In this document: positions 17,628-27,066 of the stretch, one piece after another
How positions within the stretch are numbered: the first letter of the stretch is position 1
Layout: every line of letters starts with the position of its first letter
Assembly: GCA_963849215.1 (NCBI GenBank)
Contig: CAWKGR010000002.1
Location: forward strand, 21,662 to 85,661
Reading direction: 5' to 3'
DNA from: an uncultured Solirubrobacterales bacterium
GTDB taxonomy: Bacteria; Actinomycetota; Thermoleophilia; Solirubrobacterales; Solirubrobacteraceae
DNA length: 64,000 nucleotides
Notes under the pieces: model-generated
Database searches by the model: none
Told to the model about the DNA's origin: nothing
What the model saw: the letters and a program-made list of their open reading frames with translations, nothing else
Translations under genes and position numbers: made by a program

Positions 17628-18170
17628 ATGAGCCGACGAATCAAGATGACCTTGCCGGACCCACTGGTGGCCCAACTCGAAGCACTGGCCGAGGCGCGCG
17701 GCGAGCCGACCTCGCGCGTCGCTGCGCAGCTCGTCTGCGCTGAGATCGAGAAGCGCATCGGAGAGCAAACCGGCCAAGCGATCGTGCCCTTCGTGGAAAC
17801 CGCTGTGGCCCCCGACATGGATCGACGCGCGCCCTGGATCGAGCCGTTCTACGACCAGGAGGAGTGGCGGACCCAGATGTGGGGCTCGATCGTCGCTCTA
17901 TACGGGCGCTACCCGAGGGCACTTGAGCACCTGAAAGACGGGTGGTGGGAAGATGCCACCCACGTCGAGACATTGTGCGCGCTTGTCGTTTGGCGCGACT
18001 GGATCGACCAGGAGGCGGACGATCCGCGGCATGAGCTGGCGTTTCAAGCGCAGCTTGCCGACTACGGGCGGGGGCTTCGGCAGGAGGGCGGCGGGGTTAC
18101 ACGGGCTTGGAGACCCGGAGCGCCCCCAGATGAGTGGGCGAGTAAAGATCACGAGTTTGTACGGGGCTAG
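17628..18170 (+). CDS. Hypothetical protein with an N-terminal ribbon-helix-helix-like segment
   Basis: 'RRIKMTLPDPLVAQLEALAEARGEPTSRVA'; GGAG RBS; Trp-rich C-terminal domain not recognised. Confidence 0.65.
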   Translation: MSRRIKMTLPDPLVAQLEALAEARGEPTSRVAAQLVCAEIEKRIGEQTGQAIVPFVETAVAPDMDRRAPWIEPFYDQEEWRTQMWGSIVALYGRYPRALEHLKDGWWEDATHVETLCALVVWRDWIDQEADDPRHELAFQAQLADYGRGLRQEGGGVTRAWRPGAPPDEWASKDHEFVRG

Positions 18171-18219
18171 ACGATTCGATCACACTCATCCGCAGGTAAG
18201 ACTCCCTAAGCTGGACCAA

Positions 18220-19467
18220 ATGTGGCGTCCGAGCACATGGAGCGACGTTGAGGCACTCATCCGTGATGCGGAGGAGACTGCCACTCTCGACTTCAAGCGT
18301 GAGCCAACATCTAATCCCGAGACTGCCAAGGACATCGCAGCAATGACCGTTAGTGGCGGCATCATCATCTACGGCATTGACGAGGACAAGGACGCCGTGG
18401 TTGCATCCGCTATTACGCCATTCCAGCTAGCGGGCGTGGAGGAGAAACTCCGTCATGTTGCGGGCTCGCTCATCTCCCCAACCCCCTACTTCGACGTACA
18501 TCCAATCGTGAGCCCGGAGAATGACCACATCGGCGTTGTTGTAGTTGTCGTACCCGCATCCTCCTTGGCACCCCATCAAGTCAATGGCCGCTACCCCTAC
18601 CGGCGTGGTACGACCACTGATTATCTCGACGAGCGTGCGGTTGAACGCCTCTATCGCCAGAGGCAGGATCTGGCCGGCGCTACACAGTCGAGGGGCGCTC
18701 TCTTGGACCAAGACTTTGTAGCGACTCTCACCGGCATGAGCGTGGGGAGCGGTACAGGGCAATTGGTCCTCGTAGTGCGACCCGCCGCAAGCGATGCCAC
18801 TCACCCGGCCGGGGCATGGCAACAAGACGCCTTGAAGGAAGCGGTCCATCGAGCAGCCATGGCACAGGCGAGCCGCTTCAACAACTCATCACTGGTGCGT
18901 ACCTTCAGCGCGATCTCGGATTGGCAGGCTTGGCAGACATTGGGATGGAGGGCCACAAACGCACCGATCCCCAACCCTCCACAGCTCAACTACGAGCCGG
19001 ATTTCTACCTGGCGGCAAACCTTGCGTATCCGGCCCGACTCTCATTTGAAGGCTATTGGGCGTTGAACGTTCCCGGTAATGGTCCACTGCCAGACTATCT
19101 CTGCGCCCGCGAGATAGATGTCGCACGCGAGTTGATAGCCATGCTTGCTGTCGCTGGCGAGTATTTTGCGAGTGTTGACGGAGGCGGGCACCTGCTTGTA
19201 GGAGCTCGTCTGGCCGGCTTTGAGCACGGCCGATCGCAGTTCGCAACCGAAGGTCAATCTCGCAGTTTTGCCGCTGACCTCCCCGGTGCCCCGGCGGGCG
19301 TCACGGCAGATGCGCGTACAAGTGCGCTTGATCTGCGTGACACGCCGGAGCGAGTAGCTCGCACTTTGATCGAGCGATGGCTTCCCGCGTTCTTCAAGGA
19401 TGTGCTCGGACAACGCGATCTTTTCGAGACGCTCGTTCCAGCCAGCGCAGAAACGCAAGCAAGCTAA
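18220..19467 (+). CDS. Schlafen/AlbA_2 domain protein
   Basis: 'ETATLDFKRE...KDIAAM...GGIIIYGIDE' and downstream 'PHQV...Y.RRG.TT' match the AlbA_2 pattern. Confidence 0.85.
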   Translation: MWRPSTWSDVEALIRDAEETATLDFKREPTSNPETAKDIAAMTVSGGIIIYGIDEDKDAVVASAITPFQLAGVEEKLRHVAGSLISPTPYFDVHPIVSPENDHIGVVVVVVPASSLAPHQVNGRYPYRRGTTTDYLDERAVERLYRQRQDLAGATQSRGALLDQDFVATLTGMSVGSGTGQLVLVVRPAASDATHPAGAWQQDALKEAVHRAAMAQASRFNNSSLVRTFSAISDWQAWQTLGWRATNAPIPNPPQLNYEPDFYLAANLAYPARLSFEGYWALNVPGNGPLPDYLCAREIDVARELIAMLAVAGEYFASVDGGGHLLVGARLAGFEHGRSQFATEGQSRSFAADLPGAPAGVTADARTSALDLRDTPERVARTLIERWLPAFFKDVLGQRDLFETLVPASAETQAS

Positions 19468-21809
19468 CGCCGGACACGGATACGCGCCGGGAGCGTGACC
19501 TGTTGCTGGACTTCTGCATAAAGATCGATATCTTGACGCTCTTCGTCGGCGATCTCAACAACAATTGCGTAGGCTTGTTGGCCACCGCTTGCCCACCTGG
19601 CCGGACGATGCTTCACGGCAAGGTAGTAGAGGTCGCCATCATCGGGATCTAGCTGTTTCGGGAACACCCTGCGAACCTGCAAAGTGCTGTTGGCGATTCG
19701 TGTTGAGCTGGGCTTGAGATTCAGTCGGTGTCTGTCATTCCAGAGGTCAATGCGTTGCTGACCTTGGCGCTCGTAACGCTCGGCAATTTGCTCAGGAGTC
19801 ACATTACGCAGCAGATCGAAGCTCATCTCACCAGCGAGATATTCCCGTCGCTGACGACGTACTGGAGGGTCAAACGCGAGCGCAATCGAGATTCGACGGT
19901 CGGAGCGTCCCCGAGCGAAGAGCGGAGGTATCGGGATTGGATGAATTGCAACGGTGTCACTCTCAATCATTCCGTCGAAGTACATAACAACTCGATTTCC
20001 ACCGCAGCCAAGAGCCAATCTTAAAATCGGGCGTCCGTATCCAACCGCCCGTAGACGAGTTTGGGCCTCGGGAAATTGCGCTTCGACGGGCGCTGGAATA
20101 CGAGCCGCGATCCCGACGAGAGCACGCACGAGATTCGCTGACGCATCCGGATATGCCGTCCAGATATCCGCCGCGAGACGCGCAATCCGTGGTGCAGCAA
20201 AGCTGGTACCTGTCGAGACCGAGAAGAGGCGTCCAGTTTCGTTGACGCCCAATGAAATTACGCCAACCCCGGCGTTCGCGTGATCCAGATGTCCTGTGTC
20301 GTTGATGACCCAGTTACCACCGTAGTCAACAACATCGGGCTTCACCCCCCGAAACGCACCAGGTCCGGTGCGGGAGAAGGGTGATATCTGGCCAACGCTG
20401 GCAACCGCTTGATCACCTACCCGAGTGATACCCGAGATGGTCTGTGGTGCGTCGGACCGGACGAGACTGCCGACTGTCAGAGCCAGCGCAGCTGGAGCTG
20501 GCTCTGCAATACGCGCCGTTTCGTCCATTGTGTAGCCGGGGTAGCCGACCATCACATGATCACCATTCTCCATAGTGGTGGTGAGAAGGTCAACTGCGTG
20601 GTTCCCCGCGCACACCGTTACGACCAGACCAAGATCACGGATGAGCTGATCTAGACGCTCAGTCAGCAGGCCCACATGCGGGCCAGAGTAGCCCTCGACT
20701 TGCGCGATAGACAGATTAAAGAGGCGCACGCTGTCTTGCTCGTGCAGCGTCTGAATCGCACTCTCAATGGCTTGATGCACCATGATATTTGGGGCAAATC
20801 GACTTCGGCTTGGTTGACTCGGATCGGGCTCCAGAACTCTTGCCTCGTGAACTGGTCCCCATGCAACAAGTTCCGCACCATCGCGCAGCGGCTCCTCGAA
20901 GTCACCGTATGCAGCGAGACCAGCGACCATTGTGCCGTGCGACCCAATTGAGCCCCATCCGTGAGACGATGGAAACGCACGCGTGTTTCCCACAACGCCT
21001 CGCAGCAGGGGATGTCCGTCGGCAATTCCATCGTCAATGATTCCGATCGGCTCCCCCTGACGCACATCTATATCTAGGTCGGTGATTGTCCGCGCAACCC
21101 AGTCAGACGGCTCGATAAACGGCGTTGGAGGCGTACGGACGCGTTCCACCACCGACAAACCCAACATGGCTTCTATACCTTGACCAGAAAGTTTGGTGCG
21201 CACCACTGTGAACTGCGCTCGGGCGTCAGACGCCAACTCCTCTCCGTTGAATCGCGTCACAATTGTGCGAACATCGCGCAAGCGACGCTGTGCTTCCTCA
21301 GAGTCACGTGATGGCCAAACAACAACATCTACTACCAGTGGCTCTGCAAGGGCAACGAGATCGGCAGGAAGATTGGGTGTACGGCGATCCTCCGGGCCGT
21401 ACGGCTCTATGTGCTCGACGGTGTTAAAGAAGCTGCGACCAGTACCAAGAGCACCATCTTCGTCAGGTGCTTCGCCATACGTCGCGAGTTGGTCGAGAAG
21501 TCTGCGTGGAACATCGACATCAGAGAAGACAAAGTATGTGTAGTCAGCGGTTTCACCAAGGAATGTAAGACCACGACTACCGAGCGACTCATCCGTGATG
21601 CGTTGTGTCGCACGGAGCTTGAAAACCAAGCCTGGATCGACACCTTCGACAACACGGATACGTGTGCCAACCGCAACCGCCTCAGTGACTTCGCGAGTCA
21701 GGCGCGCTGCATGACGTCGAGGATTACGTGGTGGCGTGCGGGGTGTGCCAACGGCTTGGCGACGACTCGTAAGCGCGATGCGATCAGGCAACAGTAGATG
21801 GTCGGCCAT
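19464..21809 (-). CDS. S8 subtilisin-like serine protease (IetS-like)
   Basis: Triad IGIIDDG / HGTMVAG / GTSFAAP, SPFSRTGPG..GVKPD; no signal peptide; downstream of an AAA ATPase. Confidence 0.92.
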   Translation of the reverse strand: MADHLLLPDRIALTSRRQAVGTPRTPPRNPRRHAARLTREVTEAVAVGTRIRVVEGVDPGLVFKLRATQRITDESLGSRGLTFLGETADYTYFVFSDVDVPRRLLDQLATYGEAPDEDGALGTGRSFFNTVEHIEPYGPEDRRTPNLPADLVALAEPLVVDVVVWPSRDSEEAQRRLRDVRTIVTRFNGEELASDARAQFTVVRTKLSGQGIEAMLGLSVVERVRTPPTPFIEPSDWVARTITDLDIDVRQGEPIGIIDDGIADGHPLLRGVVGNTRAFPSSHGWGSIGSHGTMVAGLAAYGDFEEPLRDGAELVAWGPVHEARVLEPDPSQPSRSRFAPNIMVHQAIESAIQTLHEQDSVRLFNLSIAQVEGYSGPHVGLLTERLDQLIRDLGLVVTVCAGNHAVDLLTTTMENGDHVMVGYPGYTMDETARIAEPAPAALALTVGSLVRSDAPQTISGITRVGDQAVASVGQISPFSRTGPGAFRGVKPDVVDYGGNWVINDTGHLDHANAGVGVISLGVNETGRLFSVSTGTSFAAPRIARLAADIWTAYPDASANLVRALVGIAARIPAPVEAQFPEAQTRLRAVGYGRPILRLALGCGGNRVVMYFDGMIESDTVAIHPIPIPPLFARGRSDRRISIALAFDPPVRRQRREYLAGEMSFDLLRNVTPEQIAERYERQGQQRIDLWNDRHRLNLKPSSTRIANSTLQVRRVFPKQLDPDDGDLYYLAVKHRPARWASGGQQAYAIVVEIADEERQDIDLYAEVQQQVTLPARIRVRR

Positions 21810-21830
21810 ACGAGAGATCTTTGCTTTACG

Positions 21831-22802
21831 TCACCAAGGACGATCGCGGGCATCAAGGACCGCTCGCCTGACATCAGTGGCAGTCACGGACTCGCGCTGG
21901 TCGAGGATGGCGAAGCGCTGCGCATCCCACGCAACCTTCTCGACTGCTGCGTGCGGTAGACCTTTCAGTTCGCGTGCCATAGCATCGATATCTATGCCCG
22001 TATGAACCACCGAACGAAGGCGCAATCTGAGCAGCTTGCGCATCTGATGCACAGTCGGGCGAGGAAAATCGAGTACCTCATCAAAGCGTCGCCACAAGGC
22101 AGGATCGAGCAGTCGCTCGTGATTCGTCGCCGCAACTAGCAAACTAGCGCCGTGGAACCCGTCTAGCATCTGTAGAAAGGCCGTTATGACGCGCTTGATC
22201 TCGCCGTGCTCAGTGGGATCGTCCCGTGCCTTTCCAAGGGCATCGAACTCGTCGAAGAGAATCACCCACGATCCAGCACGTGCATAGTCGAAGATGCGAT
22301 GCAGATTTGAGGCTGTCTCCCCCAGGTACGATGAGACAACAGAATCCAGACGTATCACTAGAAGTGGTAGTCCGATCTCGGCCGCCAGCGCCTCGGCTAC
22401 GCTTGTCTTGCCACAGCCCGGCGGCCCGTAGAAGATGAGACGCTGACGGCGCGGCACGCCGCACCGATCAAGTTCATTCCATCGGTGGAACTCGTCCGCG
22501 ATGCTTTGCAAACGCTCAAGCATCTTGCCTGACAGCACGAGATCGTCTATCAGTCGTGAAGGATGCCGGACTTCGGCTAGTGGCCACTCGCCCTCTCGGT
22601 CCATCGGAGGCGGCGGTAGCGTGACACCCTCCGCTATTGCAGCGCTACCTCCACCAGCGATGATTCTTCGCAGGTCACGAGCGAGCGCTGCGTGTTGCTT
22701 CGACTCCTCCTCCTCGATTATCTCCTGCGCCGCTCGTCGGAAGGCCAACTCATCACCCTCGCGATAAGCACGGAAAAGCTGCTTAAGCTCGCGACCCGCC
22801 AT
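21831..22802 (-). CDS. AAA+ ATPase (IetA-like)
   Basis: Walker A GPPGCGKT, SSYLGETA, Walker B ILFDEFD, AATNH..LLDPALWRRFD. Confidence 0.93.
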   Translation of the reverse strand: MAGRELKQLFRAYREGDELAFRRAAQEIIEEEESKQHAALARDLRRIIAGGGSAAIAEGVTLPPPPMDREGEWPLAEVRHPSRLIDDLVLSGKMLERLQSIADEFHRWNELDRCGVPRRQRLIFYGPPGCGKTSVAEALAAEIGLPLLVIRLDSVVSSYLGETASNLHRIFDYARAGSWVILFDEFDALGKARDDPTEHGEIKRVITAFLQMLDGFHGASLLVAATNHERLLDPALWRRFDEVLDFPRPTVHQMRKLLRLRLRSVVHTGIDIDAMARELKGLPHAAVEKVAWDAQRFAILDQRESVTATDVRRAVLDARDRPW

Positions 22803-22862
22803 GTCAGATGGTAGTTTCGGGCTCGCATGCAAATAGCCTTGCGTATATGCGATCGGAGCACA

Positions 22863-23708
22863 TCATCGCGATCGGGCATCGGTCATTGCTTGCGGGATAT
22901 TGGTAGCCACGCGAGCTGTGTCAAGCCGACGATGAAGCATCGACGCAAGGGTGAGCATGTCGAGTGTCTCCATTCTGTCAATGGCCCAACGAACGCGAGG
23001 TGCATGGGCTGTTGGATTACGAAACGTCCCAAACAGGCCACGCGTTAGCGTCGCCAAACCCGTATGCTCGCTCCGCTCCCACTCGGTGCTTAGGGCATTG
23101 AAGGCCAGTGGAGGGTCGCCGTCCCGAAGGGAAAAGGCGGCATCAGCCAGCCGTGTCCCATCTAGTTTAAGGCCGGTCTTGACGCGAATCTTGTCCGCAA
23201 CGCTCTTTGCAGCCTCAAGAACGGCATGAAAATAGTTCTGCTGCAGGAACTCGCTGCGACAGAACGAGAGCACATCAGGATGTACGTCCCGACGACGAAG
23301 CTCGTACCGCAAACCGTCGGCGCGCTGCTGTGCCTCCGAGAGCGTAACGGCGATTCTCGTCCTCGTGATCTTGCCATCGTCGCGGACTTCATACCCCGAG
23401 AGCATCAACCGCTCGTTGACTGCCGACCTGTGAGTCTCGAACATCTCAGCCGAGGCAAACCGTACGGGACGCATAACCTCGGTGATCAGCCGGATCATCG
23501 GACGGCCGTCTTGCTGACGATTCTGCGCTACCACTACCGCGTTGAAGAGCCTCTTCCACTTCGTATTCGTCGCCTCAACTGGGGACTCAGGCGCTTTCAA
23601 TGGGGCAATCAGGTTGGGGATCTGGCTTCCGATAACGGCTTCCGCCAACTCACGGCACAAGGCCTCAAGGACCGCCGGAGGAAATGGTTGCGGAACCTGC
23701 GCAGACAT
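22863..23708 (-). CDS. TIGR02391 (Ymh-like) family protein with an R-x4-H motif
   Basis: 'VHPDVL..C..E.LQQNYFHAVLEAAKSV', 'LDGTRL..AF' and 'FRNPTAH'. Confidence 0.85.
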   Translation of the reverse strand: MSAQVPQPFPPAVLEALCRELAEAVIGSQIPNLIAPLKAPESPVEATNTKWKRLFNAVVVAQNRQQDGRPMIRLITEVMRPVRFASAEMFETHRSAVNERLMLSGYEVRDDGKITRTRIAVTLSEAQQRADGLRYELRRRDVHPDVLSFCRSEFLQQNYFHAVLEAAKSVADKIRVKTGLKLDGTRLADAAFSLRDGDPPLAFNALSTEWERSEHTGLATLTRGLFGTFRNPTAHAPRVRWAIDRMETLDMLTLASMLHRRLDTARVATNIPQAMTDARSR

Positions 23709-23794
23709 ATCACCAGCATTGCATTAGAAGCGGACGAGCGCATCAAGATCGACCAAGGCTCCTCGTCCGGAGGCTAATGTGGTTCAATCACGCA

Positions 23795-23818
23795 CTTGAA
23801 CTGGTTGGTGGTGATCAC
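23795..23818 (-). pseudogene. Displaced native 5' end of efp
   Basis: GTG ATC ACC ACC AAC CAG TTC AAG (MITTNQFK), preceded by a TACTCT -10-like box at leaderless spacing. Confidence 0.85.
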
Positions 23819-23846
23819 GGTCTGGGAGAGTAGCGGGCCCGGTCGA

Positions 23847-24753
23847 TTACGGTTTCAGCTCGATCGCCGGCCAGCCCTGATCGGGTACCGCGTGGGGATG
23901 CATGAGGTGACCTAGCTGGCACACCCCCTCGGCCAGCCGGGGCGCCGGGCGCGAGTAGAAGCTGTCGCCATCAACAGCCACCACCCGACAGGGTAGTTGC
24001 AGATCGGCCGCGCGCGCCGCCGCTTCCTCGGTATGAAAGCCACACGGTGCGATGACGATCAGATCGGGCTCTCGCTCCAACACATCCCGCCAGCTCACCC
24101 GATATGACGGCTCACCAACATTTCCCAAAAGACATGTGCCTCCAGCCAGCTCGATCATCTCCGGTATCCAATGCCCACCGCAGTAAGGCGGTTCGACCCA
24201 CTCCGCAAAGAACACCAAGGGTCGCTCGGCGCCGGTGACAGCCCGCTCGACCGCCCGGATCTTTCCCCGCATCTCCTCCACGATCTCAAGCCCGCGATCC
24301 TCGACGTCCAAGCGCCGCGCGAGAGCAAGCACGCTGTCGCACACGCCTCCCAAGGTGCGCGGGTCGAGCGAGAGAATCTCTGTATCGAGAGGGCACGCCG
24401 TGGAGAGATCTTCACTCGACACAGCGCACACAGCACACAGATCTTGGGTCACGATCAGGTCGGGGGCCAGCCGGTCGACGAGCTCTCGAGTCGACCGTAT
24501 ACAGCGACCCGCCCTCACCAATCGAATCGCGCACGAGCTCATCGATTTCGACATTGGAGAGCGCCGCGAGATCGATCCGGGCATCCGACACAACCGGCTT
24601 TCCGATCACCTCCACCGGCCAGCGACACTCGGCGCTGACACCCACCAGCCTGTCCCCCAAGCCAAGTTGGGCGATGATCTCAGTTGCGCTCGGCAGCAGC
24701 GAGCAGATCCGGCTTGGCGCGCCCGCGGATGAGACAGGTTGGATGATGTCCAC
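23847..24753 (-). pseudogene. BtuF-like/cobalamin-binding family protein split by a frameshift near 24490
   Basis: N-half (RICSLLPSATEII...SLYTVD) and C-half (PDLIVTQDLC.VCAV...GHWIPEMI) lie in different frames. Confidence 0.8.
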
Positions 24754-24921
24754 AGGAGCACCATATGCGGCTCTTCCGTCGAAAGCAGATGACCTTGGTG
24801 CACCACACGTGATCCGGCACAACGCTTGGTGGGCGTTGCGCCGATCCGCACCGTCCGTCGATTCGCCTACCTTGGCTCATACCGCCTATCATCACCAGGC
24901 AACCAACCGAAGGGGCCTGGC

Positions 24922-25752
24922 ATGAAGACCCTGCAAGGTCGCACAGCGCTGGTGACGGGCGCCTCCGGCGGGCTCGGTACCCATATCGCGCGTCATCTCG
25001 CGCGCGAGGGCATGAATGTGGCGGTGTCGGGTCGCAGAGAGGACGCGCTCGCGAAGGTCAGCGCCGAGCTGAGCTCGCTCGGAGTCAAGTCCACCAGTGT
25101 CGCGGCCGACCTCGCCGACCTGAGCGAGATCGATCCATTGGTCGAAGGCGTCGAGACAGCGCTCGGGCCAATCGACGTGCTGGTCAACAATGCAGGCGTC
25201 GAGTCGACCGGTGCGTTCACGACCTACACGCGCGAGGAGCTCACCTCGATGGTGGACGTGAACCTGACCGCGCCTCTGCTGCTCACCCACCGTCTCACGC
25301 CCGGAATGCTGGAGCGCGGGCGCGGGCATGTCGTCTTCATCGCCTCGGTGGCGGGCAAGGTCGGACCGGCATTCAATGAGCCCTATGCCGCCACCAAGGC
25401 CGGATTGGTTGGCTTGACACAGTCTTTGCGAGCCGAGTATCTGGAGGCGCCCGTCGGCTTCTCTGTCGTGTGCCCTGGATTCATCGCCGGTGATGGCATG
25501 TACGCGCGAATGGCCGAGGGCGGCCACCACTCGAATCGCATAATGGGCGAGACCACCACCGAGAAGGTCTCCGAGGCGGTTGTGCGCGCGATTCGTGAGG
25601 ATCGCCCGGAGATAGTGGAGAGCGGGGCCCCAATCCGCCCAATGCTCGCCCTGGGACAGTTGGCGCCAGGGCTTGTGGAGCGCGTGGCGCCGAGGTTCGG
25701 AGTCACCGAGCTGTTCCGCCGCGTGGCGGAGGCCCGCGGACGCGTCGAATAG
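24922..25752 (+). CDS. SDR family oxidoreductase
   Basis: TGASGGLG, NNAG and YAATK motifs. Confidence 0.95.
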   Translation: MKTLQGRTALVTGASGGLGTHIARHLAREGMNVAVSGRREDALAKVSAELSSLGVKSTSVAADLADLSEIDPLVEGVETALGPIDVLVNNAGVESTGAFTTYTREELTSMVDVNLTAPLLLTHRLTPGMLERGRGHVVFIASVAGKVGPAFNEPYAATKAGLVGLTQSLRAEYLEAPVGFSVVCPGFIAGDGMYARMAEGGHHSNRIMGETTTEKVSEAVVRAIREDRPEIVESGAPIRPMLALGQLAPGLVERVAPRFGVTELFRRVAEARGRVE

Positions 25753-25754
25753 CC

Positions 25755-25780
25755 TCAAGCGACAGGCTTTTCCGGTCGAT
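25755..25780 (+). promoter_or_regulatory. sigma28/WhiG-type promoter (TCAAG-N15-GTCGAT)
   Basis: Ends 8 bp before the GTG at 25789. Confidence 0.7.
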
Positions 25781-25788
25781 GAGATCGG

Positions 25789-27066
25789 GTGAGGCGATTG
25801 GCGCGCGACAACGCCCTGTGCGTGTTCATTGCGGGCGCGAGCAGCGCCACGATGGCGTGGCTGGGCCTGTACGGCTTCGTCTGGACAGACTATGAAACCG
25901 AGGCGCGGCCGTCTTTTGAGGCTTTTGCGCACGGGCACGTGCTGGAGTTCCTGAGACTCGCACCGGCTTATGGTGGATCGCTTATCGAGCGCGCCCCGTT
26001 CGCGCTCGTGCCCGGACTGTGGGGTGGCGGCGAACTGGCCGTCTACCGCATGGTCGCTCTCCCCTGCCTACTGGCCGCCGCGACCCTGGGCATATGGCTG
26101 GTCGGCCAGATGCGCTCAGAGGGCCGCTCGACATTCTCCCGCGCGGTGGCGCTCGGTGTGTGTTTGGCGAACCCACTGACCCTGCGAGCACTTGAGCTTG
26201 GGCACCCGGAGGAGCTGCTCGGTGCCTGCCTGTGCGTGGCCGCGGTCCTGCTCGCGAGCCGCGATCGCCCACTGGCAGCTGCGCTGCTACTCGGGCTGGC
26301 GGTGGCCAACAAGGAGTGGGCGCTGCTTGCCTTCGGGCCTGTCCTGCTCGCGCTCCCGGCGAAACGACGACTCCTTTGCGTTGCGGCGGCGGGCGCGGTG
26401 ACAGCGATCGTCCTGGCCCCGTTGATGCTCATCTCTTCAGGAGGGTTCGTCACAGGCGCCCGTGCGATCGCCACGCCGTCGGCGGTGATCTTCCAGCCAT
26501 GGCAGGTGTGGTGGTTCTTCGGACATCACGGGGCACTCGTGCACGGTCTGTTCGGAGCGCCCAAGCCCGGCTATCGCATCGGCCCCGCCTGGACGGGTGA
26601 GATCAGCCACCCGCTGATTCTCATCATGGGACTGACGTTGACGGCGACGCTGTGGGTGAGACGACGACGATGGGACACGGGAGGCAGCCCACTGCTATCG
26701 GAGCGGGACGCTCTGCTGGCGCTGGCCCTGCTCTTGTTGGCGCGCTGTCTGCTCGACACGTGGGACGCCGTCTACTACCTGCTGCCGTTCGTATTTGCGC
26801 TGCTTGCCTGGGAGCTCCGTCGGTTCGCCGAGCGGCCACCCCTACTGGCGCTGTTCAGCACCGCACTTGCATGGATCAGCTTCCAATGGCTGCCCAATCA
26901 CGTCTCCGCCGACATACAGTCGGCCTTCTTCCTGGCGTGGTCGTTGCCACTTACAAGCGTGCTCGCGGTTGCGCTGTACGCGCCGGGACAGTCCCTAATC
27001 GACGAAAGCAAGCTCCTTCGCCAAACCCGTAAGTCGCTGGTGCCCGTGCTCGCCGACCAGAGCTAG
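25789..27066 (+). CDS. Polytopic membrane protein, probable GT-C glycosyltransferase (GT87-like)
   Basis: Acidic first loop (TDYETE), GHPEE, 'GLAVANKEWA' and 'YYLLP'; many TM segments. Confidence 0.65.
   Translation: MRRLARDNALCVFIAGASSATMAWLGLYGFVWTDYETEARPSFEAFAHGHVLEFLRLAPAYGGSLIERAPFALVPGLWGGGELAVYRMVALPCLLAAATLGIWLVGQMRSEGRSTFSRAVALGVCLANPLTLRALELGHPEELLGACLCVAAVLLASRDRPLAAALLLGLAVANKEWALLAFGPVLLALPAKRRLLCVAAAGAVTAIVLAPLMLISSGGFVTGARAIATPSAVIFQPWQVWWFFGHHGALVHGLFGAPKPGYRIGPAWTGEISHPLILIMGLTLTATLWVRRRRWDTGGSPLLSERDALLALALLLLARCLLDTWDAVYYLLPFVFALLAWELRRFAERPPLLALFSTALAWISFQWLPNHVSADIQSAFFLAWSLPLTSVLAVALYAPGQSLIDESKLLRQTRKSLVPVLADQS

Larger units (their letters stand above)
13503..23806. 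mobile_element. Serine-integrase genomic island inserted in the efp 5' end
   Basis: 12-bp direct repeat CTTGAACTGGTT at 13503-13514 and 23795-23806; displaced native efp start (MITTNQFK) at 23795-23818; integrase next to the left junction; cargo visibly more AT-rich. Confidence 0.9.
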
